A stretch of DNA of 64,000 nt from Microgenomates group bacterium (GCA_049303675.1 JBAQNJ010000001.1:890001-954000), one strand, 5' to 3'. Positions 9,104-21,649 are shown, numbered from the stretch's first letter. Translations and numbers: made by a program. Notes: a model not told the origin generated them from the sequence alone.

Positions 9104-9916
9104 ATGAACCGTTCTCGGATACTTTTCTTATCTCTTCTCTTGTTAGGATTATCATTTATTGGCGGTTACTGGCTCAGTCTCAGACAATCATCAAAATCAA
9201 AAGACACCACCCACAACTACCTTACCGTCCGTTCAACTCGACCAGAACTCCAATTTTTTATAACTAGTTTTTGCCCCTCTGCTAATCAGGTTGAAGATAT
9301 ATTACAATCCGTTTACAGCTTACTTTCTGCCAGGGCAGATTTTGTTCCCCATTATATCTTTAAAAAAATTACCAATCTTTCCGAATATTGTACCACCACC
9401 CAACCCCAAAATAAGAATTGCTTGGTTCAAAATAACTATCTAAAGTCACAAGAAAACATCTATTACACCTCACTTTATGGACGCCAAGAAACCAATCAAA
9501 ATATTCGTGAGCTTTGTGCTTGGAAACAGGTTGGTGACGACAAAAAACCATGGTGGACTTTTGTCAATTTAGTCAATAAAAATTGTCGCGTCAATAACGC
9601 CGACAACTGCTGGGAAGAGCAGGGCAGGCAAGCTGGTCTAGACACCTATAAAATTACCGAGTGTTTTAACCAAAATGCCTTTACCCTCGTCGAAAGTGAA
9701 ATAGCCACCTCTGCCAAATATAATATTACCAGTACACCTTTTATAATAGTTAACAATATTAATATAATCCCCGAAACTGGCACTAATTCCTATCGTACTC
9801 CCAATATTCTCAAAGAGATTATTTGTAAATCAATGACCCGTGAAGCCCGTGAGTGTGCCACAATTTTACCCGAAATTACCGGCACCACTCCCTCCACCGG
9901 TGGTTGTGGTTACTAA
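9104..9916 (+). CDS. hypothetical secreted/membrane-anchored Cys-rich protein
   Basis: 270 aa; N-terminal hydrophobic anchor; about 12 Cys spread through a likely extracytoplasmic domain. Confidence 0.5.
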   Translation: MNRSRILFLSLLLLGLSFIGGYWLSLRQSSKSKDTTHNYLTVRSTRPELQFFITSFCPSANQVEDILQSVYSLLSARADFVPHYIFKKITNLSEYCTTTQPQNKNCLVQNNYLKSQENIYYTSLYGRQETNQNIRELCAWKQVGDDKKPWWTFVNLVNKNCRVNNADNCWEEQGRQAGLDTYKITECFNQNAFTLVESEIATSAKYNITSTPFIIVNNINIIPETGTNSYRTPNILKEIICKSMTREARECATILPEITGTTPSTGGCGY

Positions 9917-9926
9917 GTTTTGACTA

Positions 9927-10505
9927 TTATTTACACAGCTTATCTTGTTTCCAGTTTTTAGGATTATTATTAATATAGTATTTAATTATTTTGAGTCTCT
10001 TGTCATCTGTTACAATCTCATCGTAATATCTTTCCTGCCAGCCAAAAAAGATGTTTTGATGTTTCAATCTTCTCTTTACTGCCCCCTTAAACGATCTTAT
10101 TGTCTTAGCAACTTCTGAATTTGATTTGATATTAATCTTGTCAAAAAAGCCTGGGTGGTTCCGATAGTTACTAATAACTGTTGACTGTTTGGAATCTCCC
10201 TGTAGAGACGCGTTGCAACGCGTCTCTACTAGATGATCCCCAACGCCGAATAACATATGAACATGATTTGGCATTACCACCCAAGCTTCCAATTTTAAAT
10301 TTTTCCGAATTTCAAATGTTTTGTGTAATTCCTCTATTACCACGATTCCTCTGGTTGACAAAACCATTTTATCATTATCAATTTTTCCAAGACAACAATA
10401 ATGATTGACTGTACAAATCGTTACAAAATAATATCCAGGATTTGAATAATCCCAACCAATTTTTCTGACACTATTGACACGATACCTTTCTGCAAATCTA
10501 TCCAC
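9927..10505 (-). CDS. IS200/IS605-family TnpA-like HuH tyrosine transposase (RAYT-like)
   Basis: 192 aa (GTG start); HuH motif MPNHVHMLF and C-terminal GWQERYYDEIV...YYINNNP matching the W-Q-R-R-Y-W-D-H..Y-I..NP catalytic-Tyr region of REP-associated tyrosine transposases. Confidence 0.7.
   Translation of the reverse strand: MDRFAERYRVNSVRKIGWDYSNPGYYFVTICTVNHYCCLGKIDNDKMVLSTRGIVVIEELHKTFEIRKNLKLEAWVVMPNHVHMLFGVGDHLVETRCNASLQGDSKQSTVISNYRNHPGFFDKINIKSNSEVAKTIRSFKGAVKRRLKHQNIFFGWQERYYDEIVTDDKRLKIIKYYINNNPKNWKQDKLCK
10202..10229. repeat. perfect 28-bp palindrome GTAGAGACGCG-TTGCAA-CGCGTCTCTAC lying inside the RAYT-like CDS
   Basis: Read directly; a near-identical palindrome recurs at 50765-50796. 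Confidence 0.85.
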
Positions 10506-10608
10506 ACATCCATATTACAACATAAATTAATGTTAAAATATCCCCCCAGATTCATCCAACTTTGGTCTAATATTCCAAATTTATACATTATATTTGTTAT
10601 AATAATAC

Positions 10609-10815
10609 ATGTCCAATGATGCTAAAGAGGTGACCTTTATATGTTCTGAATGTCAAGTATCCTCCACTTTTTTATTTGATCCACTTAAACCTGTCACAGA
10701 AAGAGTTGCATTATGCAGTAATTGCGGTCAAGAATCTAACTTTATCACACCATTTGATACTAGTTTAATTCGGGGAAAACCCAATATCACACCATCAGTA
10801 CATGAAACAACTTAA
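10609..10815 (+). CDS. hypothetical small zinc-ribbon protein
   Basis: 68 aa with CSEC...CSNC pairs. Confidence 0.4.
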   Translation: MSNDAKEVTFICSECQVSSTFLFDPLKPVTERVALCSNCGQESNFITPFDTSLIRGKPNITPSVHETT

Positions 10816-11335
10816 TTCTCATCAGCTACGTAGTAGTAACCAGACTATAGCCAAAATTAATCGGCAGAAAATAAAACGCAATCCCATTGTCCTAGTTCTC
10901 GATAATGTTCTCGACACCTACAATGTTGGCTCATTTTTCCGGCTGGCCGACGCGCTTGGAGCAACCAAAATTTATTTGTGTGGTCCGGTCGTCACCCCGC
11001 CCAATCTCAAAATCCATCGCGCCAGTATCGGGACATGGAAATGGATTCCCTGGGAAAACTTCCAAAAAACCGAAGATTGTTTAAAGCAGCTCAAAAAAGA
11101 TGGTTATCATCTAATTGCCTGTGAACAGGATAAAAATAGTGTTCTCTATACCAAAGCCAAATACAAATTTCCTCTAGCCATTGTCGCCGGCTCAGAATCA
11201 AATGGGGTAGGGGATTCATCCAAAAAATTATGTGATCAAATTGTCGAAATTCCTATGTTTGGTATCAACAAGTCTCTCAATGTTTTGGTGGCAACATCGG
11301 TCATAACTTATAGTGCCATCAGCCAGCTAAAATAG
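10802..11335 (+). CDS. TrmH/SpoU-family RNA 2'-O-methyltransferase
   Basis: 177 aa; SpoU motifs LVLDNVLDTYNVGSFFR, IVAGSESNGV and LNVLVATSVITY. Confidence 0.8.
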   Translation: MKQLNSHQLRSSNQTIAKINRQKIKRNPIVLVLDNVLDTYNVGSFFRLADALGATKIYLCGPVVTPPNLKIHRASIGTWKWIPWENFQKTEDCLKQLKKDGYHLIACEQDKNSVLYTKAKYKFPLAIVAGSESNGVGDSSKKLCDQIVEIPMFGINKSLNVLVATSVITYSAISQLK

Positions 11336-11431
11336 ACCAAAACTATATATATTTTTACCCTATCTTTCCACATCTTTTGCCTATTGTAAACCTATTTAAT
11401 ACTGTTACAATAAATTTATCTCAATAAATAG

Positions 11432-13381
<1,950 letters not shown>

Positions 13382-13522
13382 ATATACAAATTCCAAAAAT
13401 ACAATTTCCACACAAATCACATGAAACAAAATCCAATTTCCAGATCTAAGTTTGAAATTTGTAATTTTGGATTTGGAAATTGTTTGGAACTTGTTAGTTT
13501 GTTTTTTGGAAATTAAATTAAT

Positions 13523-16192
13523 ATGCCACAAGATACCACCAAAAACACCATGGTCAAAGATGACGCTCTGCTCGTCAACAATGCTGGTGAAATTCTCAAC
13601 GTCGACATCGTCCCTGAAATGGAGAAGTCTTATCTGGACTACGCCATGTCAGTCATCGTCCAACGTGCCCTACCTGATGTCAGAGACGGATTAAAACCAG
13701 TCCACCGGCGTATTATCTACGCCATGGATCAAATGGGGCTGACTCCTGGCGGACGATTTTCCAAATCTGCCAAAGTTGTTGGTGAAGTTCTGGGTAAATA
13801 CCATCCACATGGTGATATGTCCGTCTATATGGCACTAGTTCGTATGGCCCAAAACTTTTCGCTGCGTTACATGCTCGTCAATGGTCAAGGAAATTTTGGA
13901 AGTATTGATGGCGATCCTCCCGCCGCCATGCGTTACACCGAAGTCAAAATGGGCAAGATTACTGTCGAAATGATTCAAGACATCGAGAAAGATACTGTTC
14001 TAATGATGGACAATTTTGATGCGACTATCAAGGAGCCGACTGTTTTACCTTCACGTATTCCTTGCCTCCTCCTCAATGGAGCCGATGGTATTGCTGTCGG
14101 TATGGCTACCCGTATCCCTCCCCACAATTTGAAAGAGCTGTGTTCTGCCATCGAACACATTTTAGGCAATTGTCATCTCGAAAAAACTGAGCTCCCTCTC
14201 GAAATCAAACCTTTGTCCTCAAAACCAGCCACTACTGTTGATTTAGTTTTGGCTCCAGTTTACGAATTAGAAAAAATTGTTTTTAATTTTGAAACAGCTA
14301 CCACCATCGAAGAACTCACTAAATTTGTTCAAGGACCAGATTTTCCCACTGCCGGAGAAATATTTGGTAAAACCGGCATTATTGAAATGTACAATACTGG
14401 CCGCGGTAAATTTAGTATTCGCGGCAAGACCAATATCGAAGAAACCAAATCCGGTAAAATCAGAATTGTCATCACTGAACTCCCTTATCAGGTCAACAAA
14501 TCTGATTTTGTCATCAAAATAGCCGATCTAGTTCGCGATAAAAAAATTATTGGTATCTCTGATCTACGCGATGAATCTGATCGCCATGGAATTCGTGTCG
14601 TTGTCGAAATCAAAAAGAATGGCAAGCCCAAGTCCATCCTCAACAAACTCTTCAAATATACTGCACTCCAGTCCTCATATTCTGCCAACATGTTGGCACT
14701 AGTCAATGGCGTGCCTCAGACGCTGAATTTACGCCAAATGCTTTTATTATTCCTCCGCCATCGTGAACAAATAATTCGTCGTCGCAGTCTCTTCGACCTC
14801 AAAACCGCTTTCATGCGTTCTCATATTCTTGAAGGACTCAAAATCGCCCTCGATGCCATTGAAGAAATTATCAAAACCATTCGAGCCAGCAAAAATACCG
14901 AAGAAGCCCGCGAGAACCTCATGTCTAAATTCAAGTTTACTGATCTTCAGGCCAACGCTATTTTGGAAATGCAATTGCGCCGTCTGGCCGCTCTGGAACG
15001 TCAAAAAATTGAAGATGAATTTAATGAAGTTCAGAAAACTATCAAAAACCTCACTGATATTATTACTGTCCCCGAATCAATGATTGGCGTTCTCCGTACC
15101 GAAAATACCGAAATTATGGACAAATACACTGATCCTCGTCGCACCAAAATCTACGCCCGTGGTCTTGAGGATTTTAGTGAAGAAGATTTGATCCCCAACG
15201 AACCTACCCTCGTGACTATCACCAAAACTGGCTACATCAAACGCGTCGCCAAAGAAACCTATCGCATCCAAAATCGCGGAGGGGTAGGTATTTCCGGTAT
15301 GTCCACCAAATCTGAGGACGAAGTCGAAAATATGCTCTTCGTCAATACTCATGACGAACTATTATTTTTTACCAACAAGGGTCGAGTTTTCAAGACTAAG
15401 GTTTGGGATGTTCCCGAGACTTCCCGTCAGTCCAAAGGCCAAGCTGTAGTCAATTTAATTAATATTATTCAAGGAGAAGTAGTTCAAACTGTCCTCCCTC
15501 TTAGTAAGGGAAGTGACGCCAAATATATTTTGCTGGCCACCAAACACGGTACCATCAAAAAAAGCTCTCTTGACAAATTTCAAAATATTCGCCAAAGTGG
15601 ACTCACCTCCATCAAACTCGATACTAAAGATGAATTGATTTGGGCCAAACTTACCAGTGGTAACGACCAAGTTTTCTTAGTCACCAAACATGGTAAATGT
15701 ATCCGCTTCAACGAAGCCGATGCTCGACCTATGGGTCGACATACACAGGGAGTACGAGGAATCTCCCTAAAAGAAGGTGATTATTTGGTGGGTATGGATA
15801 TCGTTCCTGAGACTCTCACTGCTACCACTAAAGAAAAGAATAGTGATTTCTTCCGCCATCTAATGGTTATTACCGAGAATGGTCTTGGTAAGCGGAGCAA
15901 TGTCTATCTCTACCCACTCCAAAAACGCGGCGGTATCGGTGTCAAAGTTGCCAATCTGTCTGCTAAAACTGGTCAAATTGCCGCCGCCCAAGTTGTTTCT
16001 GAAACAGCTGTTCAGGTTATCATAGTTTCCAAAAAGGCCGTCACTATCAACCTACCTCTCAAAAACATACCCACTCTGAGCCGCAATACCAAAGGCGTAA
16101 TCTTAATGAGATTCAAGTCCACCGACGACAAAGTCAACGCTATGACCATCATCAATTCCGTCCCAGAAGTTGAACCGGTGGCAGTCAAATAA
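13523..16192 (+). CDS. gyrA: DNA gyrase subunit A
   Basis: 889 aa; catalytic-Tyr region AAMRYTE, quinolone-resistance region HPHGD, C-terminal beta-pinwheel repeats. Confidence 0.95.
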   Translation: MPQDTTKNTMVKDDALLVNNAGEILNVDIVPEMEKSYLDYAMSVIVQRALPDVRDGLKPVHRRIIYAMDQMGLTPGGRFSKSAKVVGEVLGKYHPHGDMSVYMALVRMAQNFSLRYMLVNGQGNFGSIDGDPPAAMRYTEVKMGKITVEMIQDIEKDTVLMMDNFDATIKEPTVLPSRIPCLLLNGADGIAVGMATRIPPHNLKELCSAIEHILGNCHLEKTELPLEIKPLSSKPATTVDLVLAPVYELEKIVFNFETATTIEELTKFVQGPDFPTAGEIFGKTGIIEMYNTGRGKFSIRGKTNIEETKSGKIRIVITELPYQVNKSDFVIKIADLVRDKKIIGISDLRDESDRHGIRVVVEIKKNGKPKSILNKLFKYTALQSSYSANMLALVNGVPQTLNLRQMLLLFLRHREQIIRRRSLFDLKTAFMRSHILEGLKIALDAIEEIIKTIRASKNTEEARENLMSKFKFTDLQANAILEMQLRRLAALERQKIEDEFNEVQKTIKNLTDIITVPESMIGVLRTENTEIMDKYTDPRRTKIYARGLEDFSEEDLIPNEPTLVTITKTGYIKRVAKETYRIQNRGGVGISGMSTKSEDEVENMLFVNTHDELLFFTNKGRVFKTKVWDVPETSRQSKGQAVVNLINIIQGEVVQTVLPLSKGSDAKYILLATKHGTIKKSSLDKFQNIRQSGLTSIKLDTKDELIWAKLTSGNDQVFLVTKHGKCIRFNEADARPMGRHTQGVRGISLKEGDYLVGMDIVPETLTATTKEKNSDFFRHLMVITENGLGKRSNVYLYPLQKRGGIGVKVANLSAKTGQIAAAQVVSETAVQVIIVSKKAVTINLPLKNIPTLSRNTKGVILMRFKSTDDKVNAMTIINSVPEVEPVAVK

Positions 16193-16471
16193 ATATAGGA
16201 TAACACTGGGTAGGGGATATAACCCAAACTATAGGATAAATCTTATGAGACAGTCACTTTTAGCAAACTTACCATATCTTTGCTAACTAGGTTCATAATT
16301 TTACTTTAGTCCTAAATTACGGGAAATTTTACCTAAGCAACGATAGGGGAGTCGTCAAAATATGATTTTTCCCATTCTACGCCCAAACACATCAACTATA
16401 GGATGTAACAGCTACGCATGTATTAGTTTACAGTTAACTGTTTACTGTTTACTGTTTACAGTCAACTATTT

Positions 16472-17407
16472 TTATTTATTGCCTTGATGAAACTTATCGT
16501 GAACCTCGCGTAGCCGAGCGTTGGTCACATGGGTATATATTTGAGTAGTGGCAATGTTTTTATGTCCCAATAATTCTTGGATCGATCTCAAGTCAGCCCC
16601 AGCTCGGAGCATATCCGTGGCCATCGAATGCCTCAAAGTATGAGGAGTGGCTGCCACTGGCAGTTTGGCCGCACGCACATAATGTCTCACCAACCTCTGT
16701 ATTGATCTCACCGACAATCTCAATTTATTTTCCCCATCAGTAATTTCCTTTTTTCCGCCGGTACGAATAAATAGGGGATTCAATTTATCCATTCTCGACC
16801 TCAAATATTTTGCGACATATACCACTGCCGATTTAGACACAAAAACTATTCTCGATTTACCCCCCTTACCAATAACTCCAAATTCCCGAGTTTCCAAGTT
16901 TACTTGTTCTCGATTCAATCCGACTAGTTCAGATACTCGCAGTCCAGTCGAAAACAATAACTCTAAAATAGCTCTATCACGCATTCCATTTTTGCTCGAT
17001 GACAACGGTTGATTCAGCAATCTCTTCATTTGTTCACTATCTAGAAATTTCAGCGAATGATCCTTGTTTTTAGGCACCTCCAGTTTTTCCGGTGCCAGAC
17101 ACTCGATATCATTTTTAACACACCACTTCAAAAAAGAACGAATAGCTATTACATAATAGCCCTGCGTTACCGATTTCATCTCACCAGTTATTCCCTTAGA
17201 TCGACTCAAATATAATCTAAATTTTCGAATATTCTCTGTATCCAAATCACTAACCACCGGTTGACCGATTTTTTGTACCTCCACCAAATATGTCTGGAGT
17301 ACCTGCAGGTAGTGGCGATAATTACGAATCGTCAGTCGTGAACAATTTCTCTCTACCTCTAGATATTCCAAGAACCTAGTCGTCTCTGTCTCCAAAACGT
17401 TATTCAT
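16472..17407 (-). CDS. XerC/XerD-type tyrosine site-specific recombinase
   Basis: 311 aa; catalytic box HTLRHSMATDMLRAGADLRSIQELLGHKNIATTQIYTHV with R..H-R-Y residues. Confidence 0.85.
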   Translation of the reverse strand: MNNVLETETTRFLEYLEVERNCSRLTIRNYRHYLQVLQTYLVEVQKIGQPVVSDLDTENIRKFRLYLSRSKGITGEMKSVTQGYYVIAIRSFLKWCVKNDIECLAPEKLEVPKNKDHSLKFLDSEQMKRLLNQPLSSSKNGMRDRAILELLFSTGLRVSELVGLNREQVNLETREFGVIGKGGKSRIVFVSKSAVVYVAKYLRSRMDKLNPLFIRTGGKKEITDGENKLRLSVRSIQRLVRHYVRAAKLPVAATPHTLRHSMATDMLRAGADLRSIQELLGHKNIATTQIYTHVTNARLREVHDKFHQGNK

Positions 17408-17909
17408 AATCTATCTTAGCACCCCTTAGCTATGAACATGCGTTTTAGAGCCTCTAGTGAGGTCACATATACTTTATGCCTATTTTACCGCTTTTTTTAA
17501 AGGGGGGAGTCAAAAAGTGGCATTTATACCTAGGCAAAACAAAAACTAGGGCTGCAGCCAATAGAGGATTTTGGTCATTTTAATTAACTATATATAATCA
17601 TCAAAAAAACTCGGGCAATTAATAATTTGAAATTCGTAATTTATAATTATTTGTACAAGGCCTCTCCCCCAGCCTCAATTTTAAGTTATGTCGCAAAAGA
17701 TACATTGTGCGACATGTAATATTTAAGCCCTACACACTAGGAGAGTACTCTCGATTTCTCCTACCCCTCCCACATTAAAGGTAGATTAAACTATATTTCC
17801 TAAATAATTAATACACTCATTATTTATGCCTACTCTTCTCTCAGTCACTGCCGCCTAGCAGATACATTCACCCTTGCCAACACTTATCCACACAGACTAT
17901 ATCATTCTA

Positions 17910-17925
17910 TATCACCTACCCTATA
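17910..17925. repeat. perfect 16-bp palindrome CCTATAATATTATAGG in the non-coding region next to the recombinase gene
   Basis: Read directly; TATAGGAT words recur five times on both sides of the xer gene. Confidence 0.6.
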
Positions 17926-17995
17926 ATATTATAGGATTTAATTCGTGAAAATTATAGGATAGTCCGTGAAAATATACCCTCTCCTCCCCTGTTTG

Positions 17996-18790
17996 TTAGT
18001 TCCACCTAGTAATTATTAATATAGCTGCCAAGATAGCAACACTAATCCAAATAAACATGGCTACTGTCTTACCAAAAAGTCTGTTTCTAATATCTGCCTG
18101 AAGTAAGCCACAGATCACATAAATGGCCGACACCAAATATACCGATCCTTTGAAGATTCCTGCCGGCCAAAATGATAACACCATAGTCATTTCTCCCATA
18201 ATTAGCGCCGGAATTAAGACGTAGGACCACATACTTATGTTCTTGCCATCATCTGACAATTCAATCACTACCGACCAATAATGATATAAAAACAACAATC
18301 CAGCAATGACAAAGGCCGCTAAGGTATTTAAATAATAGGCTGCCCTAAATGAAAACATGGTATCAAAGGCAAAAAAAGCTGATAGTAATATCATTATTAG
18401 GGACACCGTATATGCAGCCCGATACAGCGGCACTGTTTTAAAACCAATGGCTACCAAAAATACATTTTCCACCAAAAAGGTAGCATACATTACTCCACCA
18501 AAAAGGACAGACATCAATACCACTAGCCACACACTATTTGCCAGCAGCGATCCAAACATTCCAAATCCCATGAAAAACAGGGCCGGTTGCAAAATAGACA
18601 TCATTCTTACAAAAAAGTTGCCCGAGAATAATATTCCCAAACCAAACCAAATACAAAACACCACCAATACCACCCCCGCCATCAACCCAAAATATCTCGA
18701 TTCATAGGGTAAAGATATAAATAGTCCAAATCCGACTGCACACACCAGTGAGGAGATAAGATATTTTAATCGTTTATTCATGGAAATCAA
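17996..18790 (-). CDS. hypothetical polytopic membrane protein
   Basis: 264 aa with about 8 hydrophobic helices; no recognisable family. Confidence 0.55.
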   Translation of the reverse strand: MISMNKRLKYLISSLVCAVGFGLFISLPYESRYFGLMAGVVLVVFCIWFGLGILFSGNFFVRMMSILQPALFFMGFGMFGSLLANSVWLVVLMSVLFGGVMYATFLVENVFLVAIGFKTVPLYRAAYTVSLIMILLSAFFAFDTMFSFRAAYYLNTLAAFVIAGLLFLYHYWSVVIELSDDGKNISMWSYVLIPALIMGEMTMVLSFWPAGIFKGSVYLVSAIYVICGLLQADIRNRLFGKTVAMFIWISVAILAAILIITRWN

Positions 18791-19454
18791 ATCCGGCGAA
18801 GACCGCTATAACATCTTCGTTTTCTTCCAACTCTTCGACCATCTCCATGATCTCATTCAATTGTTTTTCTTCCGTCAACACCACCGGACTAAGAGGCTTC
18901 ATGACTATCTTACTTTCAATCACCTCCCCTCCCATTTCACCAATTTTATCTGTCAGCTTTTTTAAATTATTTACTACAGTATAAATTATCTTATCTTCAA
19001 ACTCTGTTGCCCCAGCATCAATCAAAGTTAGTTCGTCTTCCTCCTTCAGTTCACTTACCTCCACCTCCCCTACCCGATTGAATAAAAAACCAACGCTACC
19101 TTCTTCCCCTAAGTTACCACCATAATTTTTGAAAATTAGCCTTACTTCACCCAAAATTCTGTTTTTATTGTCTGACTCAACTTCCACCATCACTGGAACT
19201 CCACTTGGTCCATAACCTTCAAACAGATAGTTCACTACATTGGCTTTTCTCGACTCAAACCTTTCAATCAACCTATCAATATTTTCCTTTGGCATATTAG
19301 CCTCTTTCGCCTTTTCGACTACCGCCTTAACATTACCCCCAGTCCTCAGAGTCATTAATATATTTTTTGATATTTTAGTAAACGCCACACTTCGTTTTTT
19401 ATCCTGTGCCCCCTTTCTATTTTTGATATTTGCCCATTTTGAGTGTCCTGACAT
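18774..19454 (-). CDS. yebC: YebC/PmpR-family DNA-binding regulator
   Basis: 226 aa; N-terminal MSGHSKWANIKNRKGAQDKKRS signature. Confidence 0.9.
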   Translation of the reverse strand: MSGHSKWANIKNRKGAQDKKRSVAFTKISKNILMTLRTGGNVKAVVEKAKEANMPKENIDRLIERFESRKANVVNYLFEGYGPSGVPVMVEVESDNKNRILGEVRLIFKNYGGNLGEEGSVGFLFNRVGEVEVSELKEEDELTLIDAGATEFEDKIIYTVVNNLKKLTDKIGEMGGEVIESKIVMKPLSPVVLTEEKQLNEIMEMVEELEENEDVIAVFAGFDFHE

Positions 19455-19497
19455 CGTTCAGTTAACTGTTAACTGTTCACTGATCACTGTTAACTAA

Positions 19498-20316
19498 TCA
19501 GTAACTGTTGTAGTTTATCATTTCTGCATACTTATCATTCACATAAAACTCTACTTCCTGACTATTTAGTATCGACTTTTTGATTAGATTACATTCACCA
19601 AAATACTTAGCTATCATTTTCTGAGCCTCTAGTACCCTTGAGTTTTCACCATAGATCACCAAACACCGATCAAAACTCATCTCCGGCGCCTCATTCCTGA
19701 CACTATTTATGGTCAACCCCGACCATTCCAAGTTTCTCGCCACCAACGACGCCAATCCTTTTGAGTTACCAGTATTGTATACCGACACTATGGCCGCCTC
19801 TTCCATTACCTGACTGTCGGCAAAATCACGAGACATAATTTCTGCCAAAAAATCACCTATCATCGTCAGCTGGCCTTTGACCACCTCCTGCTTAGTCAGC
19901 AGATTACTTTCCATCAATATATACTTGAGAAAATTGCTTCCTCCCCACAATTTTAGCATATTTATCCAGTCTCTAAAACTTTTTTTTTCGTCAAACACCA
20001 CTATATTTGCATCATATCCCAAATTTTTCCACAATATGTCACCGATTCTTTTCTCTTGCTTTTCCTGCTTCAACAACTTTGCCAATTTACCAGACTCATA
20101 CCATCCCAAACCCCCTGGTATCCACATTTCTACAGTTTCGGGAATAATCAGTTTATTGATCATCCTCCGCTGGACTGAGATTGACTCAATTTGGACACCT
20201 TTGGAATTTATATAAGCAATCCTAAAATCACTGCTGGTAGTCTTCCCCATAATTAGCCAGATGGAGGCTGTTACCAGTATCCCAAAAACAATAAATATCC
20301 CTAGTTTAACTTTCAT
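19498..20316 (-). CDS. membrane-anchored protein with LytR_C-like C-terminal domain
   Basis: 272 aa; N-terminal TM helix; C-terminal AAIVSVYNTGNSKGLASLVARNLEWSGLTINSVRNEA resembles the LytR C-terminal domain. Confidence 0.4.
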   Translation of the reverse strand: MKVKLGIFIVFGILVTASIWLIMGKTTSSDFRIAYINSKGVQIESISVQRRMINKLIIPETVEMWIPGGLGWYESGKLAKLLKQEKQEKRIGDILWKNLGYDANIVVFDEKKSFRDWINMLKLWGGSNFLKYILMESNLLTKQEVVKGQLTMIGDFLAEIMSRDFADSQVMEEAAIVSVYNTGNSKGLASLVARNLEWSGLTINSVRNEAPEMSFDRCLVIYGENSRVLEAQKMIAKYFGECNLIKKSILNSQEVEFYVNDKYAEMINYNSY

Positions 20317-21031
20317 AATTATCTATAATTTGCTGCAGGTCCCCCGGTAATATAGAATTCACCTCAATTATCTTATTGGTTATAGGATGGGCAAGTTTAA
20401 TGCTAGTAGCATGTAAAAATTGGTGTGATAATCCAGCGACTACTCCACCCTTATATAGGGTATCTCCTACCAAGGGCCAGCCAAGATAGCTAAAATGCAC
20501 TCTAATTTGATGTGTCCGTCCTGTCTTTAGATTTACCAAAACCAGTGAAAATATCTTGCCGCCAATTTTGAGTTTTTTTATTCTCTCAAACTCGGTAATA
20601 GCCTCTTTACCTGACTCGTCAACTCTAAATTTTCCAAAAGAGTATTTTGACCTCTTAATAGGCATTTTTATATCCCCTACTTTTGGCAAGTCACCTCCCA
20701 CTAAAGCCAAATATTTTTTAACAACCTTTCTATTCTTTATTAACGATTTTAGTAACCCGAGTGTTTCTCCATCCCTAGCAATAATTACCACTCCCGATGT
20801 TCCCTTATCCAAACGGTGGACTATCCCCTCTCGAGGCAAGTCATTGGGAAAATACAACTTCATCCAGTCTTCCAAATATATGTTTCTTTCGTCAGTTGAC
20901 CTTTCCCGAGTAGTCACCATGCCAGCCGGCTTATCCACTATTAGTAAATGTTTATCTTCATACCAAACAGTAACTACTTCTTTATCAATTTTTCCCATAT
21001 ATACCATCCACAACCAATAAATATCAACCAA
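20306..21031 (-). CDS. RluA-family pseudouridine synthase
   Basis: 241 aa; catalytic HRLDKGTSGVVIIA motif; no S4 domain. Confidence 0.85.
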   Translation of the reverse strand: MVDIYWLWMVYMGKIDKEVVTVWYEDKHLLIVDKPAGMVTTRERSTDERNIYLEDWMKLYFPNDLPREGIVHRLDKGTSGVVIIARDGETLGLLKSLIKNRKVVKKYLALVGGDLPKVGDIKMPIKRSKYSFGKFRVDESGKEAITEFERIKKLKIGGKIFSLVLVNLKTGRTHQIRVHFSYLGWPLVGDTLYKGGVVAGLSHQFLHATSIKLAHPITNKIIEVNSILPGDLQQIIDNYES

Positions 21032-21261
21032 TCATTAATATTATTATACAAGGGGGTAAATGGAATCCTCCAATAGTCGGTGACATATCCTCTCAATATC
21101 CTTTCTGCCAAATTAAGGCCACCCCCCACCACCACCAGCCACAATGACATTTTCTTGTTGGTAACTGCACCATAAACTATCAACCCCCACAACAGACAAC
21201 TCACCCAGACTATCGCCGGAAAACTCTGGCCAAAACTTATACCATAATTTTTAACAATCAT
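20974..21261 (-). CDS. short lipoprotein signal peptidase (LspA)-like membrane protein
   Basis: 95 aa; GGGLNLAERI...YVTDYW...WLIFIG resembles the GG..N..DR and downstream conserved blocks of signal peptidase II but is only about 60% of normal length. Confidence 0.4.
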   Translation of the reverse strand: MIVKNYGISFGQSFPAIVWVSCLLWGLIVYGAVTNKKMSLWLVVVGGGLNLAERILRGYVTDYWRIPFTPLYNNINDWLIFIGCGWYIWEKLIKK

Positions 21262-21262
21262 T

Positions 21263-21649
21263 TTATTCCTGTTCTTGCGCGCATTTTATACACACAGTTA
21301 CCTCTGGTTTGACGGCCAAACGATCTGTATCAATCATCTTGCCACACTTCTCGCAAATTCCATATTTGCCGAACTTGATCATAGTTAGAGCTTTGCGCAA
21401 TTGCACCAATTGTTTTTTGATAAAACTTACTTTGACCTCGGTTTCAAAATGACCCACCTGTTCGTCCACATCCTCTTCTACTGAATTTTGCGCCAATCGG
21501 TTGTTATCGGAAAATGGATCATTTTTCTTCATATTTTTCTCTGTCTTCTTCCACCTAATCACCTCAGACTCCAAAAACTTCTGAATAGGGACTAGTAAAC
21601 TTTTTGGGAAACTTACTGTTACTTGTTTATTTTTTTGCACCATAGACAT
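21263..21649 (-). CDS. DksA/TraR-family C4 zinc-finger protein
   Basis: 128 aa; C-terminal CEKCGKMIDTDRLAVKPEVTVCIKC. Confidence 0.8.
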   Translation of the reverse strand: MSMVQKNKQVTVSFPKSLLVPIQKFLESEVIRWKKTEKNMKKNDPFSDNNRLAQNSVEEDVDEQVGHFETEVKVSFIKKQLVQLRKALTMIKFGKYGICEKCGKMIDTDRLAVKPEVTVCIKCAQEQE

